A stretch of DNA of 64,000 nucleotides from Hypanus sabinus (taxonomy: Eukaryota): the NCBI RefSeq assembly GCF_030144855.1, contig NC_082731.1, positions 21,142,001-21,206,000 on the forward strand. Direction: 5' to 3'. Position numbers and translations under genes: made by a program. Under the pieces are notes generated by a model that did not search any database, was not told the origin of the DNA, and saw nothing but the letters and a program-made list of their open reading frames with translations. This document shows, in pieces, positions 62,656-64,000 of this stretch (position 1 is the stretch's first letter; every line of letters starts with the position of its first letter).

Positions 62656-63078
62656 ATGTGTGCTATCTGCTTCGTCCTGATTCTACTGGCCTTGCTACCA
62701 GGTGAGATTCTGCGAAACATTTCAGTTGGTTTAATTGGGTTGAATTTCACACAGGTCTGTTCACATTTTTTTTATTGCAGGAAGTAGTGTAAAATATTCA
62801 GTTACACAGGAGCCTCTTGAATTATCGACTGAAGAAGGACAAACCGTAATGCTGAACTGCAGTTACTCAATAGCCAATTGTTATATTTTTTTGTGTATTC
62901 AGCGTCAACATGGAGGTCTACAATTCTTGCTGAAGCTAATTAACACCTGGATGGATCAGTCGCCAGAAATCCCGTTTAGGTTTACGCGTGTCTTAAAGAA
63001 AGACACTCTGGTGGCTTATTTAACTATCTCGGCAGCTGTTGCCTCGGACGCTGCCATGTATCTCTGTTCCATGAAGAT
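62656..63078 (+). pseudogene. TCR V segment V4 of a second family (leader 62656-62701, intron 62702-62780, V exon 62781-63078); open frame but probably non-functional
   Basis: Leader MCAICFVLILLALLP + G|gtgag; acceptor tttattgcAG. Exon SVTQEP...LNCSYS...FLCIQRQ...SDAAMYLCSMK. The conserved Trp is TTG (Leu) and the RSS heptamer is CAGTGTG. Confidence 0.82.
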
Positions 63079-63117
63079 CAGTGTGTTGCACGGAGATGAC
63101 GAGTCCGATCAAAAACC
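63079..63117 (+). promoter_or_regulatory. Defective RSS of V4 (CAGTGTG, 23-bp spacer, TCAAAAACC)
   Basis: Heptamer 63079-63085, spacer 63086-63108, nonamer 63109-63117; the third heptamer base is G rather than the C of the essential CAC. Confidence 0.8.
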
Positions 63118-63336
63118 TCTCATGAGTGATGTTGTCAATACTCAAGTGAAGACATTCTTAGCGTGAAAAAAAAAGAATGCGCGTGCACAAGAAACAGCTA
63201 TAGTCTCTTGCTGCTTTAAAAAGAATGAAAGCTAGTAACAAACCACTGCCTTGATATTTTGCTCCAGGTGCCACAGCCGTATCTAGGTAGTCATGAATAG
63301 GAAACGAGCGAAGAAAGTTGATGAAAGAGGGGAGGG

Positions 63337-63338
<2 letters not shown>

Positions 63339-63426
<88 letters not shown>
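63339..63426. repeat. (GA)44 microsatellite
   Basis: Perfect dinucleotide run between the V4 RSS and the V5 leader. Confidence 0.97.
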
Positions 63427-63428
<2 letters not shown>

Positions 63429-63642
63429 AAAAGGGTGAATAGAACAGAAGAAATTGAGAAATAAATACATACGTAAGAGAACGAAACACATTCCGATTGG
63501 TGCAAGCAGGTCACGCCCACAACGCTTTAACGGAACGGAAGGAGTAGCATATTGGATCGACACGTCAATATCAATCAAGTCTTACTAGCTCATTTAAGGT
63601 AGACTGCTTGATCGACTGTAATTCAGCTTCATGCGAGACACC

Positions 63643-64000
63643 ATGCGTGCTAACTGTTTCTTTATGATTACATTGGCCATGTTGCCAGGTACGTTTCTGT
63701 AAAACAATTCTCCGTGTTATTGGGGTTAAGTTCAACAAAGGTCTATTCACTTTTTTTTTGTGTTTTTTTTAATGGCAGGAAGAATTGCGGAAGATTCAGT
63801 TACACAGGTGCCTCCTGAATTAACGATTGAAGAAGGAGAGTCCGTATCACTGAACTGTAGTTACTCAATAGCCAATAGTTACATTTTCTGGAACATTCAG
63901 CGTCAAAGCGGAGGTCTACAATTCTTGCTGAAGCTAATTAACACAAGGATGAATCGGTCTCCGGGTACGCCGCAGAGGTTTAACGGGACTTTACAGAAAG
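63643..64000 (+). CDS. TCR V segment V5, paralog of V4 (leader 63643-63688, intron 63689-63778, V exon from 63779, cut by the window end)
   Basis: Leader MRANCFFMITLAMLP + G|gtacgt; acceptor polyT-aatggcAG. Exon EDSVTQVPP...LNCSYS...FWNIQRQ...RFNGTLQK; 48 mismatches to V4 over 222 nt by hand count. Confidence 0.88.

Noticed and set aside
18196-64000. Assignment of the Vs to IgH/IgL clusters, IgNAR or NAR-TCR
   Set aside because: No adjacent D/J/C as in shark Ig clusters, and the motifs (SVEQ/SVTQ, YLCAMS, SDSATY) look TRAV/TRDV-like; a phylogeny is needed to be certain.

Overview
Vertebrate genomic DNA, most likely from a cartilaginous fish (inferred from the CR1, Penelope-like and V-SINE repeat content). 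It covers part of a translocon-type T-cell receptor V-segment array, most likely TCR alpha/delta. Five V segments are visible. Three related, apparently functional ones lie on the minus strand (V1 18196-18671, V2 48697-49166, V3 57252-57734), each with a 46-nt leader exon (counted from the proximal ATG), a phase-1 intron, a 303-nt V exon ending YLCAMS and a 22/23-bp-spacer RSS. Two from a different family lie on the plus strand about 1 kb apart: V4 62656-63078 (lacks the conserved Trp, CAG-type heptamer) and V5 63643 to the window end. No D, J or C segments were found. V1-V3 sit in tandemly duplicated multi-kb units. One further unit copy (about 20.4-30.5 kb) has lost its V gene through a deletion with CATTG microhomology at the junction. 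The rest is mostly decayed retroelements: a near full-length CR1 LINE nested in a Gypsy relic, further Gypsy, CR1, L1, RTE and Rex/Babar fragments, and a Penelope-like element with inverted arms ending in degenerate hammerhead-ribozyme motifs. There are also two microsatellites and two assembly gaps. All alignments and counts were done by eye; transposon and duplication boundaries are approximate unless stated otherwise.
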